A DNA stretch of 64,000 nucleotides from Takakia lepidozioides. Lineage: Eukaryota; Plantae; Bryophyta. The DNA is taken from positions 70,804,001 through 70,868,000 of the forward strand of contig CM060732.1 of the NCBI GenBank assembly GCA_030704615.1, given 5' to 3'. The notes under the pieces were generated by a model that saw nothing but the letters and a program-made list of their open reading frames with translations, was not told the origin of the DNA and ran no database searches. The stretch's first letter is position 1, and every line of letters starts with the position of its first letter. Made by a program: the position numbers and the translations under genes. Below, piece by piece: positions 63,423 to 64,000 of the stretch.

Positions 63423-64000
63423 GGGCTTTTAGCTTTACAAAGGGCACTTTGGCCAACTTGATGCGTCGTCCCTACCCTGTCGGGCAGGGCCAACAAATTG
63501 GACGGCATGAACACGAATGCATTCAAAAGACTGACAGACTCATTAAGTAGAGCACTACTTTGACGGCATACCGTTGTATAACAGCCCACTTGCCTAGACC
63601 CCTGTTGTACAGTACTCATTCTGGCCTTTCCTTAGATCTACGGCTGGCTATGTATATCTTCCATCACTAATGGTGAGCTGCCATGTCTGCCTCAAAGTGG
63701 GTAACTGTAGAGGGGCTAGGGGGTGATCTTTTTGGTGTACAAAGCCGGTAACTAAGAGCCACTTCACCTTGCAGTGTTGTATTAATGTGCATTTGGAAAG
63801 TGGAGGTCCTGAATAAAGTGAGTATCTCATGGAGTCCTCACTGATAGACTTCTGTAAATTTGTAGCAAAGCTTGTGCCTTGTATAGGAGCACCCCGAAAT
63901 GTTGAAACCCGTAGTGGAGTGGCATCTCTTCTACATATTATTTGATTTTGCAATCTTGATACCAACCCGGTTCTAACCATCTTGAGCAATCTTTTTGTAC

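Overview
Nuclear DNA from a non-seed land plant, probably a bryophyte (inferred from protein style, not established). Host genes, left to right: the 5' ~14 kb of a many-exon HEATR1/UTP10 gene (-) head-to-head with chloroplast co-chaperonin CPN20 (+); a decayed tandem-repeat ORF; a 3-exon 'EPTSP..TCIGQVR...LWKRR' family gene (-); an intronless ~649-aa TE-like coiled-coil ORF (-); a PLS-class PPR gene (+); and a U1 snRNA gene with its USE/TATA promoter. Mobile DNA includes a triple nest (LINE fragment > full-length Ty1/copia with 288-bp LTRs and CGTCA TSD > 4.7-kb Pack-CACTA with AAT TSD), tRNA-derived SINEs, a head-to-tail Helitron pair, a hAT MITE and Ty3/gypsy remnants. Main discovery: the PPR gene appears to have upstream exons, missed by the ORF track, that encode an OSB-type 'PDF' single-stranded-DNA-binding motif. 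These can splice in frame to 17 PPR motifs plus E1/E2, followed by a frameshifted fossil DYW deaminase. A second, diverged PDF+PPR gene with the same intron phases lies shuffled inside the Pack-CACTA. Together they point to a family of ssDNA-binding-motif/PPR/deaminase fusion proteins that transposons can mobilise. Exon models are read by eye from splice signals; no searches were run.
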